Origin: Yuukianura sp. NJ FZ-2021
Lineage: Eukaryota
NCBI GenBank assembly: GCA_046563655.1
Contig: JAJCTO010000010.1
Span: forward strand, 496,001-560,000
Direction of reading: 5' to 3'
DNA length: 64,000 bases
Positions 11,760-23,039 of the stretch are shown piece by piece. The stretch's first letter is position 1, and each line of letters opens with the position of its first letter. A model generated the notes under the pieces. The model was not told where the DNA came from, made no database searches, and saw nothing but the letters and a program-made list of their open reading frames with translations. The position numbers and the translations under genes are program-made.

Positions 11760-12332
11760 TTTAATTGTTACAATTAATCCAAACAATAATTACTATACAC
11801 GCAAACTTTGCATGGAACCAGTTTCTTAATTCTGTATCCGATCTATCGCAGTCATGAAAAACTAAATATAAACAATGCTCCTGCATCGTTGCCAAGGAAA
11901 CAGTGGGAAGGTCACAAGGTCATTAAGAATTATGTATCGATATTTAAAATTTTGATAACTTTTTTTGACAATAAAAACAATTCAATGTAAAAATAAGTAG
12001 AAAATGAAGGGGAATGACACTAAAGAACTGTCTGACGATATTTATTTCATTTTTAAATATTCGATTTATATAAAATACATTACATAATTAATGAAAATTA
12101 GTTATACACTAATGGAATAAACAAATTGTCATCACAACGAAGCTGCTGTTTATTTTGAATGTTGATGATCATATCACTAAATTTTTTTTCGAATTTGTTG
12201 ACGCGAATAATTCTGCGGAAGTTGTGATACGTTTGAGTCAACTTCGTACAAACTTAACGTTCTGAAGGTACCGTCTTCCTAATCCTGTGAGTTTTAGCGT
12301 CCTTGTCAAGCATTTTCGATTAACTAGCCATC

Positions 12333-13390
12333 ATGGCGCCGAAGAAAAAGGCAACTTCCAAACCCGAAGCTGAGCCTGCCCTGAAGGTTGCAAGACTTGA
12401 CGAATCAAAACGTAATTCGTAGAGTTATTTATTTTTTAACATAATTAATATATATTTTCTGATATATATCATATTTATTTAATAGCAAACGAAAACAGTG
12501 ACGTAATGGCTAATCATGCGCAAAATACTGCTGATGTGAATGACTGCATCGAATCCAGTGAACAAACGGCAGCGGGTACTGCCTCACCCTCAGGTATTGG
12601 CTACATTGGATTAAAATATTTTATAGAACTATAACCAATAGTTTGTGTGCATTTAGACGATCAACCTCTGTCAATGGAGAGTGAACCCACGCCAGGTACA
12701 AGCGGTACACAAGGATTGATGTCTCCGTTTCAGCAATGGAAGAACAAGATCGGAAAAAATCAAATGAAATCAAGTGAGGACTCTTCGGAATTTCCTGTAA
12801 TCGATGTGAAACAGCTGAACGCTAACATCCCAGTTACATCTCGAGTAATCGAAGTCGTCGTGCTGAAAGTTGCACGACCAATGGCGTACGGAAACGGAGG
12901 TCAACTTCAACATTTTGTTTTTGGTGACGAATCCGGAGAGATCCAGTTCACTTTATTCGGAGGAATGAAACCACAATGGGAGTCCCTGCTTCAAGTATGT
13001 GTAATGTATTATTTCTAGATAATTATTTTATCTAGCTAACTATTATTTTATTTATTATATAATTATTATTTTCAAATATATTAAAAGTTATCAAATAACC
13101 TGTTTCAGGTCAACTCTTTCGTCCGAGTAGAAGGATTCCTTCTTCGGCCAAAAGACAACAGAAACAAATGGACAAACGCATCCTTTGATGCAAGCAGCAC
13201 TGACGCCACCTCCATTACAGAGCCCAAAGGGGCGAGTCATGAAGTCAAGCTAACTCCGATCGATTCAGAAGATCTCAAGTTAATGTCGGATGGCCAATTT
13301 GTCGATATGGCTGGACTCGTCATCGATGTTGGTGAGATTCGGCAGTTTCCCAATTGCAAGCTTCGACAAATCACTCTCACTCTCAAATAA
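12333..13390 (+). pseudogene. RPA70-like OB-fold ssDNA-binding gene, 4 exons, 3'-truncated
   Basis: Exons ~12333-12411, 12486-12593, 12657-12994, 13110-13390 with GT-AG introns; FVFGDESGEIQFTLF (DBD-A like) and FVDMAGLVIDVGEI (start of DBD-B). Confidence 0.75.
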
Positions 13391-13775
13391 CAACGTCATT
13401 AAACTAACTGTCAGAAAATGAACAGATCAAAACTTCGTTGTTAAAAAATAATTTGAGTGTAATGCAGACCTAATTCAAGCATTTTGAGGACCTAAGAAGC
13501 AGCACTGCAAAAGTGACCGGCCATTCTCACGTTGTTAATATACCACTTTGAGTACAATGTAGACCTAATAAAAACACTTGAGTCATACATAAACCCCCGA
13601 ACGGGATTGGGCTCATGTTTCAGTGGAAAGATTGCTAAAAAACAGGACAGACGGACGGACGGACAAAGTCGTATCAATAGTCTTCTTCAGCACGTCGTAG
13701 ACGTGCGTCTCCAGAAGACTAAAAGCGCTGACTGGGTATATAAATACTCATGCTGTTCTTTTTATATATTTTCAG

Positions 13776-14762
13776 ATGGACCCCCCTCATGATGATGACA
13801 TAATGGACGAAGGAGATGATGCATCTGAAGGAATCGCTGAGATCGATTTGGCTGCAGAAGATGACTTGATGAACTCTCCTCCTCAAAATAATGCTGTTTC
13901 TCCGTCTTCTTCATCCTCTTCGTCTTCGTCGTCCTCTTCGTCTGCGTCTTCTACCGTCATTGCTGCTCCCGTTTCTACGCCCGCCATTGCTCGGATTCCC
14001 GATGACGACTGGGACATGCCCCTTGCTGCTGCTTCCCCCCCGAAGTCTCCGAAAAAGCTCAATCGGCAGTTGTTTTCCCCAACCTCTAGCAGCTTCCAAC
14101 CAAATTCCCCCCAAAAGTCGCTCCAGGACATGGTTTCGGCTCCTCCTCCAGCACCCCGCCCAAGACTTGCTTCTGTCGTCGTGGTTGTTCCCCCCAAGCC
14201 CCAGGATTCTGCCATGTTTCGTCGTCCTCGTGACCCAGCCCCAAAATCCAAGCTACAGGCTCAGCATCATGGATCTGCGAAGATTCCCTCGCTTCTGGAT
14301 TTGCAGTTTCCTTCTGGACCCCCTAAACTCCCCCCAGTTGGTCGATCGCGATCCAGCTCCCCTACAGCTTTGACACGCAAAATGTCAAATGTTTCGTTGT
14401 CCCCACGAACCCCCAAAATCCTGGTCCCAGCACTTCGTCAAAATCTGTTCCCCCTGTTCGAGCACAATTCCGTTCCAATCGGCCCTCTCCGTACAACGCT
14501 CGTCCAGTTCCACCTCGAAATCGCTCTGCTTCCCCTCAATTTCGGCCACTTCCTTCAAATTCACGCCCAGTTTCTCCAGCCGCTTCTTCAAATTCACCAA
14601 TTCCGTCCACTTCAACTTCAATTACCGTTCCCGTCACTTCTGCCACTTCACAATATCCATTTTCATCAATTCCCCCTGGATACTTCCCCTACTACAAGCT
14701 TCTCCCAAATTCAGCAACTTCTGTTACCTTCACCTTCAACTCCCCACCAACTTCAAATTTAA
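13776..14762 (+). CDS. Pro/Ser-rich disordered third ORF of gypsy A (not env-like)
   Basis: Lies between pol and the 3' LTR; ATG directly preceded by polypyrimidine-TTTTCAG; no signal peptide or transmembrane segment. Confidence 0.55.
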   Translation: MDPPHDDDIMDEGDDASEGIAEIDLAAEDDLMNSPPQNNAVSPSSSSSSSSSSSSSASSTVIAAPVSTPAIARIPDDDWDMPLAAASPPKSPKKLNRQLFSPTSSSFQPNSPQKSLQDMVSAPPPAPRPRLASVVVVVPPKPQDSAMFRRPRDPAPKSKLQAQHHGSAKIPSLLDLQFPSGPPKLPPVGRSRSSSPTALTRKMSNVSLSPRTPKILVPALRQNLFPLFEHNSVPIGPLRTTLVQFHLEIALLPLNFGHFLQIHAQFLQPLLQIHQFRPLQLQLPFPSLLPLHNIHFHQFPLDTSPTTSFSQIQQLLLPSPSTPHQLQI

Positions 14763-15032
14763 CCCCAGCTCCAGGAGTTCCAGCTCAAGTAGTTCCCGCA
14801 ATTCCAGCCCCAGCAGTTCCGGCTCCAGCAGCAAATCCAGCTCCAGTTCCCCCCTTTCCCCCAGCTCTCAATCGCCGTCAGCGTCGGGCAAGGTGGTGGG
14901 CTCAGAACGGCGATATTGCAGCTCCGAAGAACTCTGGCGTTCCCCCGAAACCGAAGGACCCACCAGCTCCACCACAATAACCCCCACTTCTTCTGCAGAT
15001 GTCGCCGGGACGTCTCCAGGTCGTTGGGGACC

Positions 15033-15581
15033 TGTGTGGGTTATTTCCCACAAACCACTATAGCCACTTTGGTTCCCTTTCCCCTCTTCTCCCCCTTCGT
15101 CCTTCCAGTAGCAGCACAACAACAACTCCACGTCTTCACCACCAAAACCACTCTCCAACCAATCAGACACAACCAAAGTTGCATCAGCCATCCACTCGTC
15201 TCGTCATCGTCACTGCAGTTCACTCCTGTCCACATCACAGTCTCTCCCTACTCGTCACTCTGCCCGGATCTTGTCCCGTCTCTCTCTCCACGTCTCCTCC
15301 ATCTTGGATTGGCCACTGGACCACGCCGGAACTACCGTTGTGACCCAGACTGACCTCTACAAGCCCCACCGGACCAGTACCTGGTCAATCCTGTACAGGA
15401 CCGAGCCCCACCAACCTCTACACTTCACCAATTCAACATTTGGCCCTCATTAGACCGTAAACTCTATCCTAATTACGGTAAATAAAGTTCATTGTCCATT
15501 TACAGCCATTGTCGTGACCTCTGCCCCACTTTATTGTTCGAGTGGCCTGTGTGCCAGTCGTCGGGGCATTGCAACCCCTCA
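15033..15581 (+). repeat. 3' LTR of gypsy A
   Basis: Near-identical direct repeat of 1474-2022. Confidence 0.95.
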
Positions 15582-15585
15582 TCAT

Positions 15586-16131
15586 TAAGAAAGCAAGGTT
15601 AGGTGCAAAGGTTAGGTGTTCCAAAGCTTTGAGTTGAGGGGACTACCAGGGCGCAAAATAACCTTCAAGAGTAGTTAATGCCAGCAGAGATTCAAAACGA
15701 CAGCCATGTTGCAAAATATTTACAATTAAATGGAGACAACATGACAGATTGTGTTCAACTGACCAAGAGTATACTTGGCTTTTCTATATATAAAAAAACC
15801 AAATATTTTCTAATTTCGCTTCGATGTACCACTGGAGTACAGTATTACACACCACTACCACCACCAGCATCATCACCACACCACCACCACCACCACGACC
15901 ACCACCACCTCCACGACCGCCACCACCACCACAAATTGTTATAAACTTAGCGTTACCGAGATATTGTTCAGTTGCAAGGTTGTATCCGCAGAGTGCGAAT
16001 GTGCTGCACTTAAGATAATACTAACCACCTAACCTCTATAATTTTTGTAATTTACGTCATGAACGTGTACTGGGAAATTTGTGGCGTTCCCTTTTCTCGA
16101 ACGGACGCACTAAATCGACACCGTCGTACTG
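15586..16131 (+). repeat. Left arm (with 1133-1473) of a dispersed repeat whose inverted copy is at 20963-22576
   Basis: Reverse-complement match to 20963-21660; the inverted copy shows the empty gypsy A site (ACATTTAACTCATTAAGAA). Confidence 0.85.
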
Positions 16132-16583
16132 TTCATTCATCTGGGATGTCATCAGAAGTTTACGAAGATGCACCAAACTCAGATTCTGAGGAATCAGAGA
16201 ATGATGACAGCATCTCGGACGCTGAATCGGAAGAGAGCAAAACCGAAGCAATAATGAGCAAATCCAGCATATCATTGATCTTACACGCTCTGCACAATGC
16301 CGATGTCGGGGCTCATCGACTCACTTTAGATGGTTTGCGAACAATTGTGGAAGCCGTAGATGACGATGGCGAGGACAATGAGGAAAGTGAAGGCTCAGAG
16401 AGCTATTCGGAGGCTGACGAAGATGACAACGAGATGCAATCGGACTCGTCGGATAAAGATCAAGAGTCAAAATTAAATTCAAATCAGTTGGAATACTTGA
16501 TAGCAATTGTAAAAGCAGGAAAACGAAATGTAATTCGTTTGACCAAGTCTGCGTTTATGAAAATTCTTGATGATATGTCATAA
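16059..16583 (+). CDS. Small protein with degenerate C2H2 finger and acidic tail
   Basis: WEICGVPFSRTDALNRHRRTVH (first Cys replaced by W), followed by D/E/S-rich blocks. Confidence 0.5.
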   Translation: MNVYWEICGVPFSRTDALNRHRRTVHSSGMSSEVYEDAPNSDSEESENDDSISDAESEESKTEAIMSKSSISLILHALHNADVGAHRLTLDGLRTIVEAVDDDGEDNEESEGSESYSEADEDDNEMQSDSSDKDQESKLNSNQLEYLIAIVKAGKRNVIRLTKSAFMKILDDMS

Positions 16584-16930
16584 GTGTCCTCACCGAGGCA
16601 TTGAACATTGCAAAGGTGTCATACTTTAAGTTATACGACAAATTCAATCTTGTGAATAAATCTTTGTATTGAATTTATGATTTGGCCTTGTTAAATGTCT
16701 GATTAAGTAACAAGGCGTTCTTTTTAAATTTGGGAGAATATTTTACGTAAGCAGTGGAGTTTCTGAGAATAGTCAACTGATCATATTTTATTTAAGAACG
16801 ATAGGAAGTATACGTGTTGTAGTAAAAACTGTGAATGATTATATTCCATAGTGTAAGGTCACTCGCACAGTCAAGGCCTACTTAAAATGGGCTTCTCTCA
16901 ACATTCTGAAAATATAAGATGTGCACTTTG

Positions 16931-16978
16931 AAACAAGGTAGGGCGATGCTCAAGGGTTGAGCGTTGGTCTTCTGGAGG
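16931..16978 (-). mobile_element. Isolated 3' terminus of the same Helentron/DINE family
   Basis: AAACAAGGTAGGGCGATGCTCAAGGGTTGAGC...GTCTTCTGGAGG, nearly identical to 10637-10684; no partner end seen. Confidence 0.75.
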
Positions 16979-17225
16979 TAGTTGGCAATTGATACGGCTT
17001 TTAACCGGCTGTCCGCAAACCCGTTCAAGAAAAACGTTAAGAAAAAGCAGTCAGGTGTTTAAATTTTGTAGGATTATGCCGTATTTATACATTTCCATGG
17101 CGCTCTTCTTTCTGTTATTTTTTATGCCTTCTTTTCCAAATTAGGAAAAGAATCACACCTTTCTTATACAAAACAAACAACGAAAGAAGTTGCAATTATA
17201 AATGCCGTTCCTATGCCATTCCTTT

Positions 17226-17752
17226 TTGGGTATAAACTTGGGTATAAACCCTACAAGCAACCTGGGTTTAAACCCTGCGTGCGACTTGGGTTTTAAACCC
17301 TGTGTGCAACTTGGGTTTTAAACCCTGCGTGCATTTTTAAAATTGCAAGTAGGGTTTAAACCCACGTTGCACGCAGAGTTTAAACCCAAGTTGCACGCAG
17401 GGTTTAAACCCAAGTTGCACGCAGGGTTTAAACCCAAGTTTTATGCAGGGTTAAAACCCAAGTTATGCAGTGTCTACGTGGGTTTTAGACCCTGCGTGCA
17501 TTTTTAAAATTGCAAGCAGGGTTTAAACCCAAGTTGCACGCAGGGTTTAAACCCAAGTTGCACGCAGGGTTTTAAACCCAAGTTTTATGCAGGGTTAAAG
17601 CCCAAGTTATGCAGTGTCTACGTGGGTTTTAGACCCTGCGTGCATTTTTAAAATTGCAAGCAGGGTTTAAACCCAAGTTGCACGCAGGGTTTAAACCCAC
17701 GTGGGTAGTAGGGATTAACACCCCACGTCGCATGTTGGGTTTAAAACCCACC
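17226..17752. repeat. ~24-bp minisatellite built on the palindrome GGGTTTAAACCC, with orientation switch and higher-order duplication
   Basis: Unit TGCACGCAGGGTTTAAACCCAAGT repeated in both orientations. Confidence 0.9.
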
Positions 17753-19011
17753 ATGGCAAAGCAGGGACCGCGGGCTCGCGTGTCCCTGCAAACATGAGGT
17801 TTTTTAAAAAAAAATGGTTTTAATGGTTTCCCAAATTTGTTTTTTGACAATTTTTTTCCCATCTTATAGAATCCTCGTTTGTAGTAATAACGTTTCCCCG
17901 TTTTTGTAATCTATCCTTGATTGATGAAGATTTGAGTGGATATGAGTCTATAGCTTTGTCATATTGTTTTGGAGATAAAGTTGGTGATGTGCCAAATGTA
18001 TTACATTCGTCATCCCTAACAATTTCAGAATCTCTTTCAAAAAGTGATGGAAAGGGTGTTGTTTTGTTCCCTAGTTCTAGTAACCTTAAAATTCTTCCTT
18101 GTACTACCAGCTTGTTTTTTTATTGGTATTTTTTTTTCAAGAATTCTATGGACAGTTTGTTGTTGTGTTTGTAGTTCTTCAAATTTACGCAAATGTTTAT
18201 TAACTTCATTCGATCCTGCTGGTACATTGAAAAGTAAATTTCGTTTTTTTGCCCTAGGACGTACATGATCTGCTGATTATCAATTAAAATTTCCCAATTA
18301 AATCATTTACAAATCAAAAATCATTATCAAAACAAAGCATAACACAAAGAAAAAACACTTCCATTTTTAATATTGCACAACACGCGATACGGAGCTTATA
18401 TTTAACGAAAATGATTTCAGAGAAACAATAGTTTGAAACATGAGGCAGGCATACAATTTTTTTTTCCTGGCAGCCCACACGTCCCTCAAACAGCATGCTG
18501 GAGTATTTACATCTATGTTCAAGTCACATCCCACTGCATGATATCATGTCAGCTTCCTCAACACGGATGGAATGTTGCGAAGTTCAAAGTAGACACTCTT
18601 TTCATTGAGCCATGTTTAGGATCGGCACAAATTGATGTATTTCCGAAGCAGCTTCAACTACTTCTGGTTAGGTCTCGTAGTTAGCTCCACATAGTTTAGA
18701 ACCTCAGCGTCCACCCCTTTATCCGTTACTGCGTAATATAGAAAATCCACAACATGGCATTTCTGTAATTAACAATAGTATACTACACACTCACATTACA
18801 TCGGTTTGAGATTCTTCAAAATATTAGCAAGCTTGTTCGCCAAGTGAATATCAATGGAAAATGAGATACCAATTCAACAACTCCTGATTATACCAATAGG
18901 AACATTACAACAATGTCTTCTTTCAAAAAAAAAAGTGACACGAAATTTTAAGGTTTTAAATTTAGAACAGCTTTGAGTCAAGGCATTGCTTTTTTCTACG
19001 TACGCACAAAA

Positions 19012-19699
19012 TCAGGGAATAGCCAGCTTGAGTTTATTCATTTTCAAGTATTTAAATTTGTATTGTGTTACAAAAAACTCACTAGCATGTGACAAATTGT
19101 CTCGCCAGGATTTCTCCAAGAACGGGTTATCAAACATCATCGCAGCGAACCATGACGGAATCGGCAGATCGATGTTTCGACGAATTTGGATACAAGTAGA
19201 ATCGGCGTGAACTAGAGGTGGCACGAATTGGTCGCAGTTCCCACCAGCGCGCAAAATAGTTTCGTTGATAAGTTGTGAAGTACACAATCCCTTCGTAGAG
19301 ACTGAATGCGTCCGTATTGCGCAACTCGGCGTCGACGTAGTCTGTGATCGCGCCGCACCGAAATCTTCCGAGCAGAGTAAAGAATCGTTCAACAAACATA
19401 CCTCTGCAAATTCCGGAAAATTCTCGCCCTCTTGATACGAAGAGTGAGTGACACCTAGTGCTGGAGTTACAGAACTCCTGAACGTCGAGGTGCCAGTGGT
19501 AGAATACTGCGTCGAGGGTACATTGTTTGAATTCATTTAAATTAGCTTGGCTGACTGAGCCTGGTCGACCGATGGCAAAAAGAGCACGGGCGTAACAGTC
19601 GAGTCCACGTGGGCCTCCGGGGCTTAAGGCTTCCTCTCGTAGGTACGCGCGAAGGTCTGCTACTTCAGTTCCGGCCAAGAGCGGTTGATGCCTACTCAT
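19012..19699 (-). CDS. Hypothetical protein, possibly frameshifted across two overlapping ORFs
   Basis: GC-richer coding-like island; ORFs 19130-19699 and 19012-19536; no family recognised. Confidence 0.35.
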
Positions 19700-20648
19700 A
19701 CCAACTGGACTGAACTGTGACGGTTAGGCTAGGACTTACACCTTATTATTATTATCCCAGGTCCGTGCGCCTAATTCACTAAGCTACAACTGGTAGGTAA
19801 CGACTTTTATAGCCACCCCACCTTACCCACGGAATATATTTTTAGTATCCCTAATTCGTTGTACCTCCATATTGTTCATAAATCCCCCCATTTCGTTCCG
19901 AATGATAACTTCCCACCCAGATTCGCAGGTTATATGCATGCGAGGATTTACGAATTTAATTCGTAATATAAATGATTAGTCGCAACGGGCCTGGGCTCCT
20001 ACGCACCGTTTGCATTCAGTTCTTGAGGGCGCGTGTGTACATCATACAACATCATTCACATTTCAAGGCATCCATGATTCAACAAACCTTCAATTAATAA
20101 AGCTTTCAATTCAAAAAGAAATTTCATTAGATACTGTTAAAAAGAACTAAGCGGAAACAAACCTGGAAACCGAACTTGAGTTTTCAGAGCTGTCCTGACA
20201 AACCTGCTGGTCGTGGCACTACACACTCGTAATATGTTCTTAATCTTTCCCGCAATTCCCTCGTAATATCTTCCTACTCTCCCCCTCCACATAGTTCCCA
20301 CTCATGACACGTTCTTAACCCCCTACTATCATCCAACGGTTGTCGGGACTTGGTGGGTGGTGGTGGTAGGTGGTGGGTGGTCGTCGTCGTCGTCGTGGTG
20401 GTGGTGGCGGTGGATGGGAGGTGGTGGTTCTGTTTGTGCGAAATTATTCAGCACACGACTGTAGGCAACCGACAGAAATTAGTTCAAGAATTTATTCAGT
20501 TGCAAACAGAAAAACTTTTTTTTTTTTTAATGATGTAACTTTGTATATGCAATTAAAAATCCATTCCTCATTTCACAATTTTTCACCGTCGAAAAAAAAT
20601 TTATTCAGTTGTCAAAAAAACAACTTCTTGAAACAAATAGAATTTTTT

Positions 20649-21035
20649 TTAAAAGCGTTTGATCCTTCGTCGGAAAGTGCGTTGCATAGCAAACACATTT
20701 GGCGAAATCCCAACGCATTTGCGCGGTCGGCCTTTTCGTCGCCTGGGAGGATCCGGTCCTGCAACATCCGCTCCCGTTCCCCCTGCTTCGGCCTTGATCA
20801 CTCCCGCTCGATCCGCTTCGGCCTTGGTCACTCCCGCTCCTACCGCGCCGGGTACTTCCGCCCTGGCTTCTGTCACAGACAAACCGGCCATGGGTGCTCC
20901 CTCCCCGGCTCCTGCCGCTCTAGCTCCTTCCGCCTCGGCCTTAGGCACTCCCGCTCCGTCGTCAGTACGACGATGTCGATTTAGTGCGTCCGTTCGAGAA
21001 AAAGGAATGCCACAAATTTCGCAGTAGACGTTCAT
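20649..21035 (-). CDS. Small C2H2-like finger plus AT-hook protein
   Basis: CEICGIPFSRTDALNRHRR, Ala/Gly repeats, RRRKGRPRK. Confidence 0.5.
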   Translation of the reverse strand: MNVYCEICGIPFSRTDALNRHRRTDDGAGVPKAEAEGARAAGAGEGAPMAGLSVTEARAEVPGAVGAGVTKAEADRAGVIKAEAGGTGADVAGPDPPRRRKGRPRKCVGISPNVFAMQRTFRRRIKRF

Positions 21036-22576
21036 AACGTAAATTACAATAATTGTAGAGCTTAGATGGGTAGTATTATCTTAAGTACAGCACGTTCGCA
21101 CTCTGCGGATACAAACTTGCAACTGCACAAAATTTCAGTAACGCTAAGTTTATAACGGATTGTGGTGATCGTGGTGGTGGTGGTGGTGATGGTGGTGGTG
21201 GTGGTGGTCATGATGTTGGTGGTGGTAGTGGTGTGGAATACTGTACTCCACTGGTACATCGAAGTGAAATTAGAAAATATTTGATTTTTTATATATAGGA
21301 AAGTTAATTATACTCTTCGTCAATCTTGGCATTGGACACAATCATTCATGTTGTCTGCCTTCAGTTGTAAATATTTTGCATCCTGGCTGCATTTTGAATC
21401 TCTGTTGGTCAACTGAAGAAAATTTCGTCAGCGCTAAGTTTATAACGAATTATGGTGGTGGTGGTGGTGGTGGTGATGCTGGTGGTGGAATTAGAAAATA
21501 TTTGATTTTTTATATATAGAAAAGTTAAGTATACTCTTTGTCAATTGGACACAATCTTTCATGTTGTCTGCATTCAGTTGTAAATATTTTGCAACCTGGC
21601 TGTCATTTTGAATCTCTGTTGGTATTAATTACTCTTGAAGGTTATTTTGCGTCCTGGTACAAACATACCCACATATTACGAAACGAGTTCTGTGGATCTT
21701 TAAAATCACCGTACTTATACTTGAAGCCGTGTTGTGTCTTGACACTTTTCCGCCGCATGTCTCTCATTGAATTAGTGCAATGGGGTGGGATGGTTGGGAA
21801 TGCAATGTAAGGACCTATTGAGATGGTGGGTGCGTTAACTAAACACAAAATTTGATTCTATATTGACACACCTTTCTCTACCGTCTACTTACATCTAAGT
21901 TTCCAACCAGAAGTCGACGTGACTCGGCAAGAGTCTGAGACTCGGCAACAGTCGGTAAGACTCGGCAAGAGTCGCTGAGATTCGTCAAGATTCGGTGCGA
22001 CTCGGCAACTGACGATTAACATACGATCCTGGACTTTGTACTCTTCTGTGCACACTTTGGGATATGACTCACCACAGTCCTTGTGTCTTTCAAAACATTT
22101 CGGACTTTGGACCAACGACTACAAGGCCTTCGAAAACAGACTTTCAACCTTAAACTGACCTTGCATTCTTGCCAAAGGGGTATGAGTCACCTCTCCTCCT
22201 TCCGTCTTCGAAAACAGACTTCGGACTTTGTACCTTGAACTCAAAGCTTCCGAAAACCTGACCTTGCATTCTTAATGAGTTAAATGTGTGACTCACCAAA
22301 CGATTTAAGAACGTTTTACGTTCCGATTTTGGACTTTGTTCACGCGTGTGCACGTAAGGTGTGAGTCACCTTCGTCTTTGAAAACAGATCGGACTTCCAA
22401 ATTAAAATGCCATCATTGAACTTAACCTTCTTATATGACTTATTAACGACCTAATTCTATGACTCAACTTCCAAATACTTTGGACCTTCACCTTGCATTC
22501 TTGTTTGAGTTATTTTGATGGCTCAACTTTCGAAACTAGAACGTTTTACGTTCTTGCACACACCAACCATGCTACT
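20963..22576 (-). repeat. Inverted copy of the repeat at 1133-1473 plus 15586-16131
   Basis: Reverse-complement identity; has an internal duplication and an extra 21660-22230 segment. Confidence 0.85.
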
Positions 22577-23039
22577 TGGCATTCCTGCCACTTTCAGCGG
22601 ATAAAAGTGGTTTTCGAACCAATAACAGCGGATAAAAGTGGCATTCAAAACACTTTGCTCGGATGAAAGTGGCATTCTAGCCACTTTCAACTGCTTAAAG
22701 TTATTTTAAATTTTAATGATATTGTAATTTTTCTGTCAATGTTTACTTGCCAAAAAATTTCGTCCGGGTAGCACAATTGCTCGGGAAGAAATAAAGTGAA
22801 ATCGACGTTCACTCTGCTGAACCAGCAATACTGTTGCTACTTCGTTATGGCTTCAAAAGATGGTTTTAAAAAAATCAGCAGCACAATTTTGCGTGGTGAT
22901 TCGCTGGTTACTTGGAACTTTCGTAAGTTCAAAAACCGATAGTATTACATTACATTACAAAATACTTTTACAAAACGTCACTACACGAAAGCATTACGGG
23001 TTGATTCCAAATTTACTCAGTATTCTGCGTTAAAATTGA

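Larger units (their letters stand above)
10637..13723 (-). mobile_element. Non-autonomous Helentron/DINE-1-like rolling-circle element carrying gene cargo
   Basis: Subterminal inverted repeats GTCTTCTGGAG/CTCCAGAAGAC, terminal hairpin GCTCAAGGGTTGAGC, (GGAC)n microsatellite, insertion in an A/T run without a clear TSD; the same ends recur at 52778-55049 and 16931. Confidence 0.85.
1474..15581 (+). mobile_element. Ty3/gypsy LTR retrotransposon A (full length, interrupted by a Helentron-type insertion)
   Basis: Two 549-bp TG...CA LTRs (1474-2022, 15033-15581); 4-bp TSD TCAT (1470-1473, 15582-15585); gag then PR-RT-RH-IN order. Confidence 0.97.

Noticed and set aside
13776..15032. Third ORF of gypsy A as env
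   Set aside because: No signal peptide, furin site, Cys-rich ectodomain or transmembrane anchor.
17226..17862. Palindromic repeats as CRISPR, and ORF 17629-17862
   Set aside because: No spacers; simple minisatellite.
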